DNA of 64,000 nt, from NCBI GenBank assembly GCA_016841675.1, contig JAENYQ010000007.1:1638-65637 (forward strand). Reading direction: 5' to 3'. This DNA is from Desulfotomaculum sp. GTDB taxonomy: Bacteria > Bacillota > Desulfotomaculia > Desulfotomaculales > Desulfallaceae. The position numbers were made by a program, and so were the translations under genes. The notes below the pieces were generated by a model, which searched no databases, was not told the origin of the DNA, and saw nothing but the letters and a program-made list of their open reading frames with translations. Of the stretch, positions 50,917 through 62,114 are shown one piece after another. Numbering within the stretch: the stretch's first letter is position 1; each line of letters begins with the position of its first letter.

Positions 50917-51699
50917 TTGAGAGGCTTGCTGGAAAAGACCCGTTCCATAAATAAGGTACTACAAAAATCAGCGGGCTATCCGGTTGACTTCAAGGAAATT
51001 GCCGCAATCCTGAGTGAGAATATAGAGTGCAGCGTTTATATCCTTGACCGTCGGGGGAAAGTTTTGGGGTATACTTACCTTAGAGGTTTTGTTTGTGAAA
51101 TCATGGAAGATATCGTAGAATCTTTGGCCGGTTTTCCCGAGGACTATAACGAGAATCTACTAAGAATTACTGAAACCCATGCCAACATTTGTCAGACATT
51201 AAACGTCTGCGCTTTTCAAAATGACAAAAAATGTCAGTACAGCAAGGTGACCACTGTAGTTCCTATCGTGGGCGGCGGCACCAGATTGGGAACGCTGGTA
51301 TTGGCCAAATATGACCGTAACTTTAACGATGAAGACCTAATTTTGGCTGAACTGGGTGCCACGGTTGTGGGTATGGAAATATTACGGGCCCGGCAGGACC
51401 GGATGGAAGAAGAAGCCAGAAAACGGGCCGCTGTGCAAATCGCACTGGGCACGCTCTCTTATTCTGAAATGGACGCTGTGCACCATATTTTTGAACAACT
51501 TGAGGGCGACGAAGGTCTACTGGTGGCCAGTAAAATTGCAGACCGGGTGGGTATCACCAGGTCCGTTATTGTGAACGCCCTGCGCAAGTTTGAAAGCGCC
51601 GGGGTTATTGAATCCAAGTCACTGGGCATGAAGGGAACATACATTAAAGTTCTTAACGATCGTTTGCTTGAGGAACTGGATCGTCTAAAGCAGCAATAG
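50917..51699 (+). CDS. codY: GTP-sensing pleiotropic repressor CodY
   Basis: [13 protein letters not shown]..., C-terminal [27 protein letters not shown] start. Confidence 0.93.
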   Translation: MRGLLEKTRSINKVLQKSAGYPVDFKEIAAILSENIECSVYILDRRGKVLGYTYLRGFVCEIMEDIVESLAGFPEDYNENLLRITETHANICQTLNVCAFQNDKKCQYSKVTTVVPIVGGGTRLGTLVLAKYDRNFNDEDLILAELGATVVGMEILRARQDRMEEEARKRAAVQIALGTLSYSEMDAVHHIFEQLEGDEGLLVASKIADRVGITRSVIVNALRKFESAGVIESKSLGMKGTYIKVLNDRLLEELDRLKQQ

Positions 51700-51903
51700 T
51701 ATATCGGAATTAAATGGCCGCGGCATCTCGAGCGGTCGTTTTTTATTGGCGGGTAATCTTGCCACCACCTGAAGTTTGTGTTAGAATACATGCTGGTGCG
51801 AAATACACACGCGGCCCGATTTTGGCAGGCGGTCCCCCTTTATGGGGTCTTGCCGGAAGATGAAGACCGCGGAGGGAAAAACCGGTGGGAGGAGGTGTAA
51901 CTA

Positions 51904-52608
51904 ATGGCCATAATTTCAATGAAGCAATTGCTTGAAGCAGGCGTTCACTTCGGGCACCAAACCCGGAGATGGAATCCCAAGATGGCACCTTTTATTTTTA
52001 CTGACAGGAATGGTATTTATATTATCGACCTGCAGAAAACCGTCAAAAAAGTTGAGGAAGCCTATAACTTTGTACGGTCCGTTGTTCAGGATGGTGGCTC
52101 AATTCTTTTCGTTGGTACCAAAAAGCAGGCTCAGGAATCAGTACGGGAAGAGTCTGAAAGATGTGGTATGTTTTATGTGAACCAGCGCTGGTTGGGTGGT
52201 ATGATGACCAACTTCCAAACAATTCGCAAGCGTATTGATAGACTGCACGAGTTGGAGCGCATGGAGCAAAACGGAATTGCCGAAAAACTGCCCAAGAAGG
52301 AAGTAGCCGAGTTAATGCACGAAAAAGAAAGGCTAAGTAAATTCCTGAGCGGCATCAAGGATATGCGGCGTCTGCCAAGTGCTATGTTTGTTATCGACCC
52401 GCGCAAAGAGCGCATTGCTGTGGCTGAAGGGCGCAAACTGGGCATCCCCATTGTAGCCATCGTAGATACCAACTGCGATCCCGATGAAATTGATTATATT
52501 ATACCAGGTAACGATGACGCCATCAGGGCGGTCAGACTGTTGACCAGCAAAATGGCTGATGCAGTGCTTGAAGGCAAGCAGGGAGAACAGGTTGCGGTAG
52601 CCGAGTAA
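51904..52608 (+). CDS. rpsB: 30S ribosomal protein S2
   Basis: Full-length S2 similarity. Confidence 0.96.
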   Translation: MAIISMKQLLEAGVHFGHQTRRWNPKMAPFIFTDRNGIYIIDLQKTVKKVEEAYNFVRSVVQDGGSILFVGTKKQAQESVREESERCGMFYVNQRWLGGMMTNFQTIRKRIDRLHELERMEQNGIAEKLPKKEVAELMHEKERLSKFLSGIKDMRRLPSAMFVIDPRKERIAVAEGRKLGIPIVAIVDTNCDPDEIDYIIPGNDDAIRAVRLLTSKMADAVLEGKQGEQVAVAE

Positions 52609-52705
52609 AGAAAACGGTGGGGGTTTAACCGTAAAGGGTAACCCCTGCCTTTTTTCTGTGCATAAAAACATTTGTTTGGATTTTGCCAAAAGAGGAAACA
52701 ATAGT

Positions 52706-52790
52706 AACTACTCAGGATTTAGGGAGTCAGAATGAAAGAATGATTTATCGTCTTGAATTATTCTAATTTTTGACTACTGAATTCCTAAAA
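52706..52790. repeat. Intergenic repeat family, copy D
   Basis: AACTACTCAGGATTTAGGGAGTCAGAATGAAAGAATGATTTATCGTCT...TGACTACTGAATTCC. Confidence 0.7.
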
Positions 52791-52828
52791 TACAAAATAG
52801 TTATGCATTAGCAGGGAGGTTGATTATT

Positions 52829-53482
52829 ATGGCTGATATATCTGCTGCAAGTGTTAAGGAGTTGCGCGAAAGAACCGGGGCCGGGATGATGGATTGTAAA
52901 AAAGCATTGGTAGAAACTAACGGTGATGTAGCAAAAGCCGGCGATTACTTGCGTGAAAAGGGCCTTGCCGCTGCGGCTAAAAAGTCAGGTCGGGTAACTG
53001 CTGAAGGTCTCGTTGAATCATATATACACGCCGGGGGCAAAATTGGCGTGCTGGTGGAAATAAACTGCGAAACCGATTTCGTAGCCAAGACAGATGAGTT
53101 TAAAACTCTGGTACGAGACATAGCCATGCAAATCGCTGCAGCCAAACCCGAGTATGTTAGCCGGGAAGAAGTGCCTGAAGAGTTAATTACCAAGGAGAAA
53201 GAAATCCTGGCTGCTCAGGCGGCCAACGAAGGTAAACCCGAAAAAATTATTCAAAAAATGGTTGAAGGAAGGATAGAAAAATTTTATAAAGAACTATGCC
53301 TTTTGGAACAACCATTTGTCAAGGATCCAGATAAAACCATAAAACAGCTGATTTCAGAGAAAATTTCTAAAATCGGCGAGAATATTTCGCTGCGCAGGTT
53401 TGTTCGTTTCGAGCTGGGCGAAGGTCTTGAGAAAAGACAGGATGACTTTGCCGCCGAGGTAGCAGCCCAGGCGAAGAAGTAA
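52829..53482 (+). CDS. tsf: Elongation factor Ts
   Basis: ATG 52829 after [30 protein letters not shown]. Confidence 0.95.
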   Translation: MADISAASVKELRERTGAGMMDCKKALVETNGDVAKAGDYLREKGLAAAAKKSGRVTAEGLVESYIHAGGKIGVLVEINCETDFVAKTDEFKTLVRDIAMQIAAAKPEYVSREEVPEELITKEKEILAAQAANEGKPEKIIQKMVEGRIEKFYKELCLLEQPFVKDPDKTIKQLISEKISKIGENISLRRFVRFELGEGLEKRQDDFAAEVAAQAKK

Positions 53483-53635
53483 GTCTAAGCAGTACTAAAC
53501 GGTTAACTTTAGTGCGTGTGTTTTACTAATGCGGAGGAACTTTAACCCTAATATATATGATTTTAGCGGCCGGGAAAAAGGATCTAAATTATTGGTGTAG
53601 AACTATAAGTATGACCGGAGGTTAAAATTATCTTT

Positions 53636-54385
53636 ATGGACCAAGCCAAATATAAAAGGTTAATCTTAAAACTTAGTGGTGAAGCACTCGCCGGTTCCAA
53701 GGGATACGGTATCGACCCCGAAGTTGTATATTCCATCGCGGTTCAAATCAAGGAAGTTGTAGAGATTGGTGCTCAGATATCAATTGTTGTGGGCGGTGGG
53801 AACATATGGCGCGGGGTGGCCGGTAGTACCAAGGGCATGGACCGGGCCACTGCTGACTATATGGGCATGTTGGCCACGGTAATCAACTCCCTGGCTCTAC
53901 AAGATGCCTTATCCAAACACGATGTAGATACTAGGGTACAAACCGCTATTGAAATGCGCGAAGTGGCCGAGCCTTATATTCGTAGGCGGGCTATCAGACA
54001 TTTGGAAAAGGGCCGGGTGGTTATTTTCGCTGCTGGGACAGGTAACCCTTATTTTTCGACCGACACAACCGCGGCCCTAAGGGCGGCGGAAATTGAAGCA
54101 GAAATAATTTTAATGGCCAAACAGGTAGACGGAGTTTATGACTCTGACCCGATGAAAAATAGTAACGCCAAGAAATTTAACACTCTAAGTTATATAGACG
54201 TTTTGAATATGGGGCTTGGCGTAATGGACTCCACTGCTACATCCCTGTGCATGGATAACCGCATCCCTCTGCTGGTATTCAACTTGAACGACCGGGGTAA
54301 TATTAGGCGGGCTGTGATGGGAGAAAATGTTGGAACATATGTTGGGGGTGACAATAATGGCAAATCCTCTACTTTCAGAAGCTGA
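53636..54385 (+). CDS. pyrH: UMP kinase
   Basis: [12 protein letters not shown]..., full-length similarity. 3' end overlaps frr by 29 nt. Confidence 0.93.
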   Translation: MDQAKYKRLILKLSGEALAGSKGYGIDPEVVYSIAVQIKEVVEIGAQISIVVGGGNIWRGVAGSTKGMDRATADYMGMLATVINSLALQDALSKHDVDTRVQTAIEMREVAEPYIRRRAIRHLEKGRVVIFAAGTGNPYFSTDTTAALRAAEIEAEIILMAKQVDGVYDSDPMKNSNAKKFNTLSYIDVLNMGLGVMDSTATSLCMDNRIPLLVFNLNDRGNIRRAVMGENVGTYVGGDNNGKSSTFRS

Positions 54386-54914
54386 GAGTAACATGAAGAA
54401 AACGGTAGAAGTGGTAAACAAGGAATTCGGCTCACTTCGTGCTGGCCGAGCCACTCCTTCTTTGCTGGATAAAATTGCAGTAAATTATTACGGAACACCT
54501 ACACCGATAAACCAGATGGCCAATATATCGGCCCCCGAAGCACGCTTATTGGTCATCCAGCCATGGGATAAATCCGCGATGCCCGAAATGGAAAAGGCCA
54601 TTATGAAATCCGACCTGGGCATAACCCCGATGAGCGACGGTAATGTGATTAGATTAGCAATCCCACAACTGACCAAAGAGAGAAGAATCGAACTAGTTAA
54701 GGTTATTAAAAAGAAGGCCGAGGAAGGTCGGGTGGCAGTCCGCAATTTGCGGCGGGACGCTAATGATAGTTTAAAAACCCAGCAAAAAAACGGGGAAATA
54801 TCTGAAGATGAACAACGTCGTCTGCAAGACGAGGTACAAAAGCTTACTGACAAGTACATAAGGGAAATAGATGAGCTTTTGGCAGCCAAGGATAAGGAGA
54901 TAATGACGGTCTGA
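54357..54914 (+). CDS. frr: Ribosome recycling factor
   Basis: ATG 54357 after GGGGGTGA. Full-length Frr similarity. Confidence 0.93.
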   Translation: MANPLLSEAESNMKKTVEVVNKEFGSLRAGRATPSLLDKIAVNYYGTPTPINQMANISAPEARLLVIQPWDKSAMPEMEKAIMKSDLGITPMSDGNVIRLAIPQLTKERRIELVKVIKKKAEEGRVAVRNLRRDANDSLKTQQKNGEISEDEQRRLQDEVQKLTDKYIREIDELLAAKDKEIMTV

Positions 54915-54915
54915 T

Positions 54916-55113
54916 ATGCATTGTATGGACCTTTTAGCCGGGGAACTGGATCAGGCGCTGAAAATATGTCGTGCAGCCGGGTGGAGTGTTGAGTTGGAAT
55001 ATACATCTCCACCAAAGAATGAACCAACCGGACAGTTCAGGGTGGTAAGGTGTATTTGGCTTGCCGAGGATAAGTTATTGTTAACTGCGGCCAGAGAAGT
55101 TCCCGGAAAATAA
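54916..55113 (+). CDS. Hypothetical 65-aa protein
   Basis: ORF starts 1 nt after the frr stop. No family recognised. Confidence 0.3.
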   Translation: MHCMDLLAGELDQALKICRAAGWSVELEYTSPPKNEPTGQFRVVRCIWLAEDKLLLTAAREVPGK

Positions 55114-55360
55114 AATAAAGTTCATGAAATGATAGTCCGAAAAGGAGCCATGAGAAGGCTAAAACCACGCAGATGGAAAGGCAAGCTATTATTTGTTTAT
55201 TTTTGCGAGCCTTTCCTTATCTTTCCCCATTAATCATTGCTAATTAGTGTCTCCTGAAAACTAAATTTTGGTGGAGCTAATTAGGGTGAAGGTCTAGGAG
55301 AATTGCGATGGATTAGATTTCGCGCGGACTTTTCAAACATGTTAGAAAGGAGGTGTAAAA

Positions 55361-55528
55361 GTGGCTTACAAGATAACTGATGAATGTTTGGCTTGCGGGA
55401 CATGCCTCGAATCCTGTCCCAACGATGCTATCGTTGAGGGCGATTTCTACAAAATAGACACGGATAAATGTGAAGATTGCGGTACGTGTATCGAGGAGTG
55501 CCCTACCGGTGCGATTATTGAAGAATAA
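55361..55528 (+). CDS. 2x[4Fe-4S] ferredoxin (55 aa; below the ORF-track cutoff)
   Basis: GTG after AGGAGGTG. CLACGTCLESCP and CEDCGTCIEECP cluster motifs. Confidence 0.85.
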   Translation: MAYKITDECLACGTCLESCPNDAIVEGDFYKIDTDKCEDCGTCIEECPTGAIIEE

Positions 55529-55537
55529 ACCATACTA

Positions 55538-55565
55538 CCCCCTCGCTGCCAGAGGGGGTTATTTT
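55538..55565 (+). terminator. Rho-independent terminator
   Basis: CCCCCTC-loop-GAGGGGG followed by TTATTTT. Confidence 0.8.
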
Positions 55566-55688
55566 ATAATTTTTAATAAACAAGATATATTTATGTAGAA
55601 ATAAATGCAAAACTGTTGTAAACACAGCGTATATTACATAAATACTCCTTAAATTTGAAGTTTAGAATGCGGGAAAGGGGACTGCCGT

Positions 55689-56489
55689 GTGTTTAAACGG
55701 CTGTTGGGTAACCGCAGTAAAACCGCCGGAAATTCCGTCGGCGTGAACAGCGAACAAAACTTAATGGACCAACTGGACTTATCCAAGTTGCCTGTTCATG
55801 TGGCTATTATAATGGACGGCAATGGACGTTGGGCTGTCAGGATGGGTATGCCCCGGTCTTTTGGGCACAGGACCGGTGTAAAGGCGTTACGTCAAGTAGT
55901 TGAACTGTGCGTTGAACTAAATATCAGGCACCTCACTGTTTACGCCTTTTCCACTGAGAATTGGAAACGTCCACGGGAAGAGATTAATGTTTTAATGGAT
56001 TTGTTGGTGGAATATTTATATAAGGAAATGGATGAACTTTGCGCCAATAATGTAAGAATTAACCCTATAGGTATTCTATCTGAACTGCCGGAAAAGGCAC
56101 GGGATGCAGTATATGCAGCCAGGGAAAGAAGCCGCGAAAACACCGGCCTGGTATTTAATGTAGCTTTAAATTACGGGGGCCGGGCTGAATTGGTGCAGGC
56201 AATCCGTGAAATAGCTCAAAAGATAAACGGTAATCAGTTAAGGGTAGAGGATATTGATGGCGAGGTGCTGGCCGATCACCTATATACAGCGGGACAGCCG
56301 GATCCCGACCTGCTTATCAGACCATCCGGGGATTACCGGTTAAGCAATTTTTTGCTGTGGCAGTTGGCTTATACGGAGTTCTGGCTCACGGATACTATGT
56401 GGCCGGATTTTAGCAAACGGGATCTTCTAAAAGCTTTTCTGGATTTTCAAAGCCGGGAGAGACGTTTTGGAGGATTAATACGTAATTGA
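55689..56489 (+). CDS. uppS: Undecaprenyl diphosphate synthase
   Basis: HVAIIMDGNGRWA motif with full-length similarity. Confidence 0.93.
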   Translation: MFKRLLGNRSKTAGNSVGVNSEQNLMDQLDLSKLPVHVAIIMDGNGRWAVRMGMPRSFGHRTGVKALRQVVELCVELNIRHLTVYAFSTENWKRPREEINVLMDLLVEYLYKEMDELCANNVRINPIGILSELPEKARDAVYAARERSRENTGLVFNVALNYGGRAELVQAIREIAQKINGNQLRVEDIDGEVLADHLYTAGQPDPDLLIRPSGDYRLSNFLLWQLAYTEFWLTDTMWPDFSKRDLLKAFLDFQSRERRFGGLIRN

Positions 56490-56510
56490 TCTATTCGGGT
56501 TGGTGATTAG

Positions 56511-57299
56511 GTGTTTGGGCTGAGGTTATTAAGTGCCCTGGTAGGTATTCCATTGCTGGTGGCTGCTGTTTGGTACGGGGGGGTATACCTCCTGGGAGTG
56601 TCCGCTGCATTGATGTTTCTTGGAGCACGGGAATTAAGCCGCATATGCAACCGGGCTAATTTACAGGCACCCCTGCCGCTGATGCTGGCGGGCTGTCTGG
56701 TATTGCTAATGTTCACTTATGTATTCCGGGATGGATTTCCGGGTCCGGCTATTATAACCATACTGACAATGTATCTTGTGACAGTGGTAAAACTTTACCC
56801 TCGTTTTACACCGCTTGATGCGGCTATTGCTTTTACCGGAACTATTTATGTAGGATTAATTTTATATTTTTATCTGATTAGCACTTTGGGTGACGGCTGG
56901 ATATGGCTTGTTTTTATGCTTGCCTGCACCTGGGCTAGCGATACCATAGCTTATCTGGTGGGCCGCAAATGGGGCAAACACCGGATTGCACCTACACTTA
57001 GCCCGGGCAAGACCGTGGAGGGTGCCGTAGGCGGGGTGTTGGGCAGTTTTTTGACGGCGGCGCTGATTTTATATTTTAACCCTGCATTACCAATAGCTTA
57101 TGTACTGCTGCTTGGTATGCTGGTTGGAGTGGCAGCCCAGGTAGGTGACCTGGTAGAGTCGGCTATCAAAAGACAGGCGGGAATTAAGGACGCTGGGGGT
57201 TTAATACCGGGACACGGTGGTATTCTTGACCGTTTTGACAGTATGTTGTTTACAGCCCCACTGGTATACTACTATGTGGGCCAGATTATTATAACTTGA
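56511..57299 (+). CDS. cdsA: Phosphatidate cytidylyltransferase
   Basis: CdsA signature SAIKRQAGIKDAGGLIPGHGGILDRFDS. Confidence 0.92.
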   Translation: MFGLRLLSALVGIPLLVAAVWYGGVYLLGVSAALMFLGARELSRICNRANLQAPLPLMLAGCLVLLMFTYVFRDGFPGPAIITILTMYLVTVVKLYPRFTPLDAAIAFTGTIYVGLILYFYLISTLGDGWIWLVFMLACTWASDTIAYLVGRKWGKHRIAPTLSPGKTVEGAVGGVLGSFLTAALILYFNPALPIAYVLLLGMLVGVAAQVGDLVESAIKRQAGIKDAGGLIPGHGGILDRFDSMLFTAPLVYYYVGQIIIT

Positions 57300-57309
57300 G
57301 GTGAGCTAG

Positions 57310-58392
57310 GTGCCGCGAGCAGTGCAGAACATCTTATACGTACTGGCGGGGACTGTAACACTGCTGGCCATTTACCTGGCCCTGAAATACGTGTTACCCG
57401 AAGCGTTTTCTTGGCTTAAGTATATGCTGGTTGTTTTATTTCCTTTTCTTATTGCCGCCATATTCAGTGCTTTCATGGAACCGTTGGTTGTTCTTTTAAG
57501 TAATCAGGGCCGGCTTTCCAGGGCTGCATCCGTACCATTAGCCATGCTGCTTTTCTTTGGCAGCATTAGTATTGTGTTCACTCTGCTAGTGTTCAGGCTG
57601 TTAAAAGAATTAAATGACCTTTCGATGACCTTACCTGATAGATTTACGGCGCTGCAAATTTTTATCGATGACTGGTTCCATAAGGGTATTATCTTATACG
57701 GAACGCTGCCCGAAACAGTCACCGACAACCTGCGCGATACTCTGTACAGTATTACCCTAACGCTTCAGCACTGGTCGCGGGAAATGTTCAATATATCACT
57801 TCACGTGGTCACCAGTATTCCCAGCGCAATTTTATTAGTTATAATAAGTCTGATTGCCACTTATTTTTTTAGTAAAGATCGGGATAAAATAATGGAATTG
57901 TGGATTAAATTTATTCCCGCTCCCTGGGGCGAAAGGACTATAGAAGTTAGCCGTCAGGTATCCAGTGCATTTCAAGCTTATGTACGGGCCCAGTTTGTAC
58001 TAATTTCGATCAGTACAGTAATCAGTATTATCGGGTTGCGGCTCATTGGAGCCGAGTACGCTATAACCATGGGTTTAATTATCGGTTTTTTTGACCTGAT
58101 CCCGGTGCTGGGCCCGGGCACCATTTATATTCCATGGGCTATATGGGCATTCATTAACTCTGATATCGTGTTGGGATTGCAGTTACTAGTATTGTACTTA
58201 CTGGTGATAGTTACACGAGCAGTGATGGAGGCCAAGGTGGTGGCCGTTAATTTGGGGCTACACCCATTGGCAGTGTTGATGGCCATGTATATTGGTTTAA
58301 AAACTATTGGCGTATTGGGACTTTTCCTGGGGCCGATCCTGGTTATTGCCATTCAGGCAGTTATTAAGGCCGGTATTTCAGTATATAAATAA
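57310..58392 (+). CDS. AI-2E family transporter / YtvI-like sporulation membrane protein
   Basis: Polytopic membrane protein with an AI-2E (PerM) family layout. Confidence 0.75.
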   Translation: MPRAVQNILYVLAGTVTLLAIYLALKYVLPEAFSWLKYMLVVLFPFLIAAIFSAFMEPLVVLLSNQGRLSRAASVPLAMLLFFGSISIVFTLLVFRLLKELNDLSMTLPDRFTALQIFIDDWFHKGIILYGTLPETVTDNLRDTLYSITLTLQHWSREMFNISLHVVTSIPSAILLVIISLIATYFFSKDRDKIMELWIKFIPAPWGERTIEVSRQVSSAFQAYVRAQFVLISISTVISIIGLRLIGAEYAITMGLIIGFFDLIPVLGPGTIYIPWAIWAFINSDIVLGLQLLVLYLLVIVTRAVMEAKVVAVNLGLHPLAVLMAMYIGLKTIGVLGLFLGPILVIAIQAVIKAGISVYK

Positions 58393-58393
58393 A

Positions 58394-58495
58394 TACTTCG
58401 GAGTTTAGAATTTAGAAGTCAGAAGGAAAGAACAGTTTATTGCCTCAAATGATGATGAATTCTGACTCCTGAAGTTAGAATTCTGAATTACTTAA
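58394..58495. repeat. Intergenic repeat family, copy E
   Basis: ATACTTCGGAGTTTAG..AGTCAGAAGGAAAGAACAGTTTAT...GAATTCTGACTCCTGA... Confidence 0.6.
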
Positions 58496-58542
58496 AATTA
58501 ACAAGTAATATTATGAACATGCGTTAATCAAAAAGGAGAACC

Positions 58543-59703
58543 ATGATCCAATTAGCTATATTAGGTAGTACGGGTTCAGTGGGGCGGCAGGCCCTGCAGG
58601 TAGTGGATAGTTTTAACAGTGAGTTGAAAGCGGTAGCTCTGGCGGCTGGCGGTAACAGAGAACTGATGCTGGAACAAGTGCGCCGGTATGCACCCGAGCT
58701 GGCAACGTTGAGCAGAGAGGAAGACGCAAGCTGGCTTAAAAAGGAATTGGGTGCCCGATCGGGAACCGAGGTTTACTACGGTCGTGAAGGGTTACTGGCA
58801 GTGGCAACTGCTTCAGGTGCGGACACAGTGCTTACTGCCATATCCGGTGCAGCGGGTCTGGAACCTACTCTGGCAGCTATCAGGGCTGGGAAAAAAATCG
58901 CCCTGGCCAATAAGGAAACCCTGGTGGCCGCAGGAGAATTGGTATTGGATGAAGCCCGCCGCCTAGGGACGGAAATTGCCCCGGTGGATAGTGAACACTC
59001 AGCAGTTTGGCAGTGTTTAAACGGTGAGAGTCATGGTGATTTAGCACGCATCATGCTTACCGCTTCCGGTGGCCCTTTTCGTAACTTTACCCGTGACGAG
59101 ATGGAAAAGGTCACTCCGACCATGGCCCTTAATCATCCTAATTGGGAAATGGGCCCCAAGATAACTGTCGACTCGGCTACCCTGATGAATAAAGGTCTGG
59201 AGGTCATTGAAGCCAAATGGCTGTTTGATGTTGACTATGATAGAATAAATGTGGTAATCCATCCGCAAAGCATTATTCATTCGATGGTGGAATATAGGGA
59301 CGGTTCGGTTATTGCTCAATTAGGAGTCCCTGATATGCGTCTGCCAATCCAGTATGCCCTGCTGCACCCCTGCCGGCCGGAAGGTGGTGCGCCCAGGTTA
59401 GGATGGCCGGTTCAAGACCTGACTTTTGAAGAGCCGGACCTTAAGCGGTTCCCTGCCCTCGCATTGGCCTACGAAGCGGGCCGGACTGGAAATACCATGC
59501 CAGCTGTGCTCAACGCTGCCAACGAAGTGTCGGTGGGAGCGTTCCTGGCCGGAAAGATCAGCTTTACTGCCATTACGGATATCGTGTCCGAGATTATGTT
59601 TGCACATAATCCAGTTCATTATGAATCACTGGATGAGTTACTGGATACTGACCGCCGGGCGCGGGATGAAACAGAACAACTGGTTCGCCGGCGGGAATTT
59701 TAA
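58543..59703 (+). CDS. dxr: 1-deoxy-D-xylulose 5-phosphate reductoisomerase
   Basis: ILGSTGSVG NADPH motif with full-length similarity. Confidence 0.95.
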   Translation: MIQLAILGSTGSVGRQALQVVDSFNSELKAVALAAGGNRELMLEQVRRYAPELATLSREEDASWLKKELGARSGTEVYYGREGLLAVATASGADTVLTAISGAAGLEPTLAAIRAGKKIALANKETLVAAGELVLDEARRLGTEIAPVDSEHSAVWQCLNGESHGDLARIMLTASGGPFRNFTRDEMEKVTPTMALNHPNWEMGPKITVDSATLMNKGLEVIEAKWLFDVDYDRINVVIHPQSIIHSMVEYRDGSVIAQLGVPDMRLPIQYALLHPCRPEGGAPRLGWPVQDLTFEEPDLKRFPALALAYEAGRTGNTMPAVLNAANEVSVGAFLAGKISFTAITDIVSEIMFAHNPVHYESLDELLDTDRRARDETEQLVRRREF

Positions 59704-59812
59704 TTTACATCATCAGGTCTGGATTATGGAAGAGAACACAACCGTCACTCAAAAAAGACAACCCAGGCTGTCTGATAATGCTTAACAATATAGAAAAGTT
59801 TTTAGGTAAAGG

Positions 59813-60862
59813 ATGAATCTAATGACTACTTTCTGGGCGGCCATTTTTGTTTTCGGTATATTAATTTTTTTCCATGAACTTGGCCATTTTGCCGTGGCCA
59901 AAGCAGTGGGCATCAAAGTGTATGAATTTAGCCTTGGTTTTGGACCCAAATTGGTTGGTGTGCTCCGCAGCGGCACCGTTTACAACCTGCGGTTGCTGCC
60001 GTTAGGCGGTTTTGTGCGTATGGCCGGCATGGACCCTGAAGACAAGGAAGCCGGCGAAGGTGAAAGATTTGGCGATAAATCAGTAATGCAAAGAATGGCT
60101 GTTATAGCTGCCGGCCCCCTAATGAATTTTGTACTGGCCTGGCTTCTATTTGCCATTATCTTGGTTGCCCTTGGTGGCGACCCGATAGCCGATAGTACGT
60201 CGATAAAGGACGTTGTGCCAGGTTCCCCCGCCCAACAGGTTGGGTTGCAGGGGGGCGATGAAATATACAGCATTGAAGGCCAAAAAGTGGCCGGGTGGCA
60301 AGACATAACGTCTGCAATTCACCAGCGTCCCGGTCAGGAAACAGATATTGTAGTGCTCCGGGGTGGTCAGCAACTAGAGTATCAAGTGACCCCCCAAACT
60401 GCTGAGGAAGGTCGGGGGGTAATAGGTATTTACCCCTACCGGGAATCAGTTAACGCGCTGCTTGCGATGACGATGGGTGTAAAGTTAACCGGCCAAACGG
60501 TGTATAATATTATTTATTTCATCGGTCAGATGTTTACCGGACGAGTTCCTGCGGATCTAGGCGGCCCGGTGCGGATAGTATATGAGATCGACCGGGCGGT
60601 GGAAACGGGGGTTTTGTTTTTATTGCAACTGGCAGCTTTTCTGAGTATTAACCTGGGTCTGTTCAATCTGTTCCCAATCCCGGCTCTTGACGGCAGCAGG
60701 CTCATTTTTCTTGGTTTTGAAGCCCTAAGAGGACGCCCGGTGGATCCAGCCAGGGAGAATTATATTCACCTGGTGGGATTTGGGTTTTTGTTGCTCCTGG
60801 TGGTTTTTATAACTTATAATGACATTCTTCAGTTGTTGATGAAAAATGCACCTTCTCCTTAA
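59813..60862 (+). CDS. rseP: RIP metalloprotease RseP/RasP (M50, PDZ)
   Basis: HELGHF zinc motif, PDZ region, and an NLFPIPALDG motif. Confidence 0.92.
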   Translation: MNLMTTFWAAIFVFGILIFFHELGHFAVAKAVGIKVYEFSLGFGPKLVGVLRSGTVYNLRLLPLGGFVRMAGMDPEDKEAGEGERFGDKSVMQRMAVIAAGPLMNFVLAWLLFAIILVALGGDPIADSTSIKDVVPGSPAQQVGLQGGDEIYSIEGQKVAGWQDITSAIHQRPGQETDIVVLRGGQQLEYQVTPQTAEEGRGVIGIYPYRESVNALLAMTMGVKLTGQTVYNIIYFIGQMFTGRVPADLGGPVRIVYEIDRAVETGVLFLLQLAAFLSINLGLFNLFPIPALDGSRLIFLGFEALRGRPVDPARENYIHLVGFGFLLLLVVFITYNDILQLLMKNAPSP

Positions 60863-60995
60863 AATTAGCGTGGTGCTACCCATAGTTAGTTATTTGTGTC
60901 TCCTAAGAAAGTCTTGGTGAGAGGTTAAAGTTAGTTTTTTAGGGAGAACTATTTAGGGTCCTGGTAATACCGTTTTCACCGGAGGATTTGCCAAT

Positions 60996-62114
60996 ATGAA
61001 GCGTAGAAAAAGCAGGCCGATTAGTCTAAGCGGCTTTATTGTAGGCGGAGACGCGCCTATTTCTGTGCAATCGATGACCAATACTGATACCCGGGACGCG
61101 GCAGCCACCAGAAAGCAAATAGACTGTCTGGTTCAAGCCGGATGTGAAATTGTCCGGGTGGCTGTGCCTGACTGGGAAGCGGCCCGGGCATTGCCCGTTA
61201 TCCTTAAGGACTTGTCGGTTCCCTTGGTGGCTGATATACACTTTGACCATCGCCTGGCCTTAGCGGCCATCGAAGCCGGGGTGGGCGGTCTGCGCATCAA
61301 TCCGGGCAATATTGGTGGTCACGAAAAAGTGGCGGCGGTGGTCAAAGCTGCCACGGTTAAAAACATTCCTATTCGCATTGGTGTTAACGCCGGTTCGCTG
61401 GAAAAAGAACTGCTCCAGGACGGTCAGGTAACTCCCCAGGCGATGGTGGAAAGCGCGTTACGCCATGTAACAATGCTTGAAAATATGGGGTTCTACGAAA
61501 TTAAAATATCGCTCAAGGCTTCCGATGTACCGCTAACGGTCAATGCTTACCGTATGCTGGCCCAAAAGGTTGACTATCCGCTCCACATCGGTGTAACCGA
61601 AGCAGGAACACCTTTTGCCGGTAGCATTAAATCATCGGTAGGTATAGGTATACTTTTATGGGAAGGCCTCGGAGACACTGTCCGGGTCTCTTTAACCGGT
61701 GACCCGTTATTGGAAGTCCGGGCGGCTTACGAAATTCTTAAATCACTGGGGCTCAGACGTCGGGGAGTGGAGTTGATATCTTGCCCCACCTGCGGTCGCA
61801 CACAGATAAATCTGGTACGCATCGCTGAGCAAGTGGAAGAGCGCTTGGCGGGGTTGGACATGTCCCTTAAGGTTGCAGTGATGGGCTGTGTAGTCAACGG
61901 ACCCGGTGAAGCCCGGCATGCCGATGTGGGCATAGCCGGCGGTAAAGGTGAGGGGCTAATTTTTCGCAAGGGCCAAGTGATTAGAAAAGTGCCGGAAAAC
62001 GAACTGGTGGAAGAACTAATGAAAGAGATCGACAACATTGTTATTGGAGGGTACAGGAATGAAGGTTTCGGAAATGCTGGTGCCGACCCTGCGGGAAATT
62101 CCGGCGGAAGCTGA
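60996..62114 (+). CDS. ispG: 4-hydroxy-3-methylbut-2-enyl diphosphate synthase
   Basis: Full-length IspG similarity (CPTCGR..., GCVVNGPGE). 3' end overlaps proS. Confidence 0.93.
   Translation: MKRRKSRPISLSGFIVGGDAPISVQSMTNTDTRDAAATRKQIDCLVQAGCEIVRVAVPDWEAARALPVILKDLSVPLVADIHFDHRLALAAIEAGVGGLRINPGNIGGHEKVAAVVKAATVKNIPIRIGVNAGSLEKELLQDGQVTPQAMVESALRHVTMLENMGFYEIKISLKASDVPLTVNAYRMLAQKVDYPLHIGVTEAGTPFAGSIKSSVGIGILLWEGLGDTVRVSLTGDPLLEVRAAYEILKSLGLRRRGVELISCPTCGRTQINLVRIAEQVEERLAGLDMSLKVAVMGCVVNGPGEARHADVGIAGGKGEGLIFRKGQVIRKVPENELVEELMKEIDNIVIGGYRNEGFGNAGADPAGNSGGS

Noticed and set aside
51760-51903. The rpsB leader as an S2 autoregulatory RNA.
   Set aside because: A plausible TTGCCA-17-TAGAAT promoter and a ~110-nt leader exist. 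But I know of no Firmicute S2 leader model that I can check by eye, so I cannot support the call.
60863-62058. A T-box leader for proS.
   Set aside because: proS overlaps the 3' end of ispG, leaving no leader space. The region upstream of ispG shows no specifier or T-box sequence that I can recognise.
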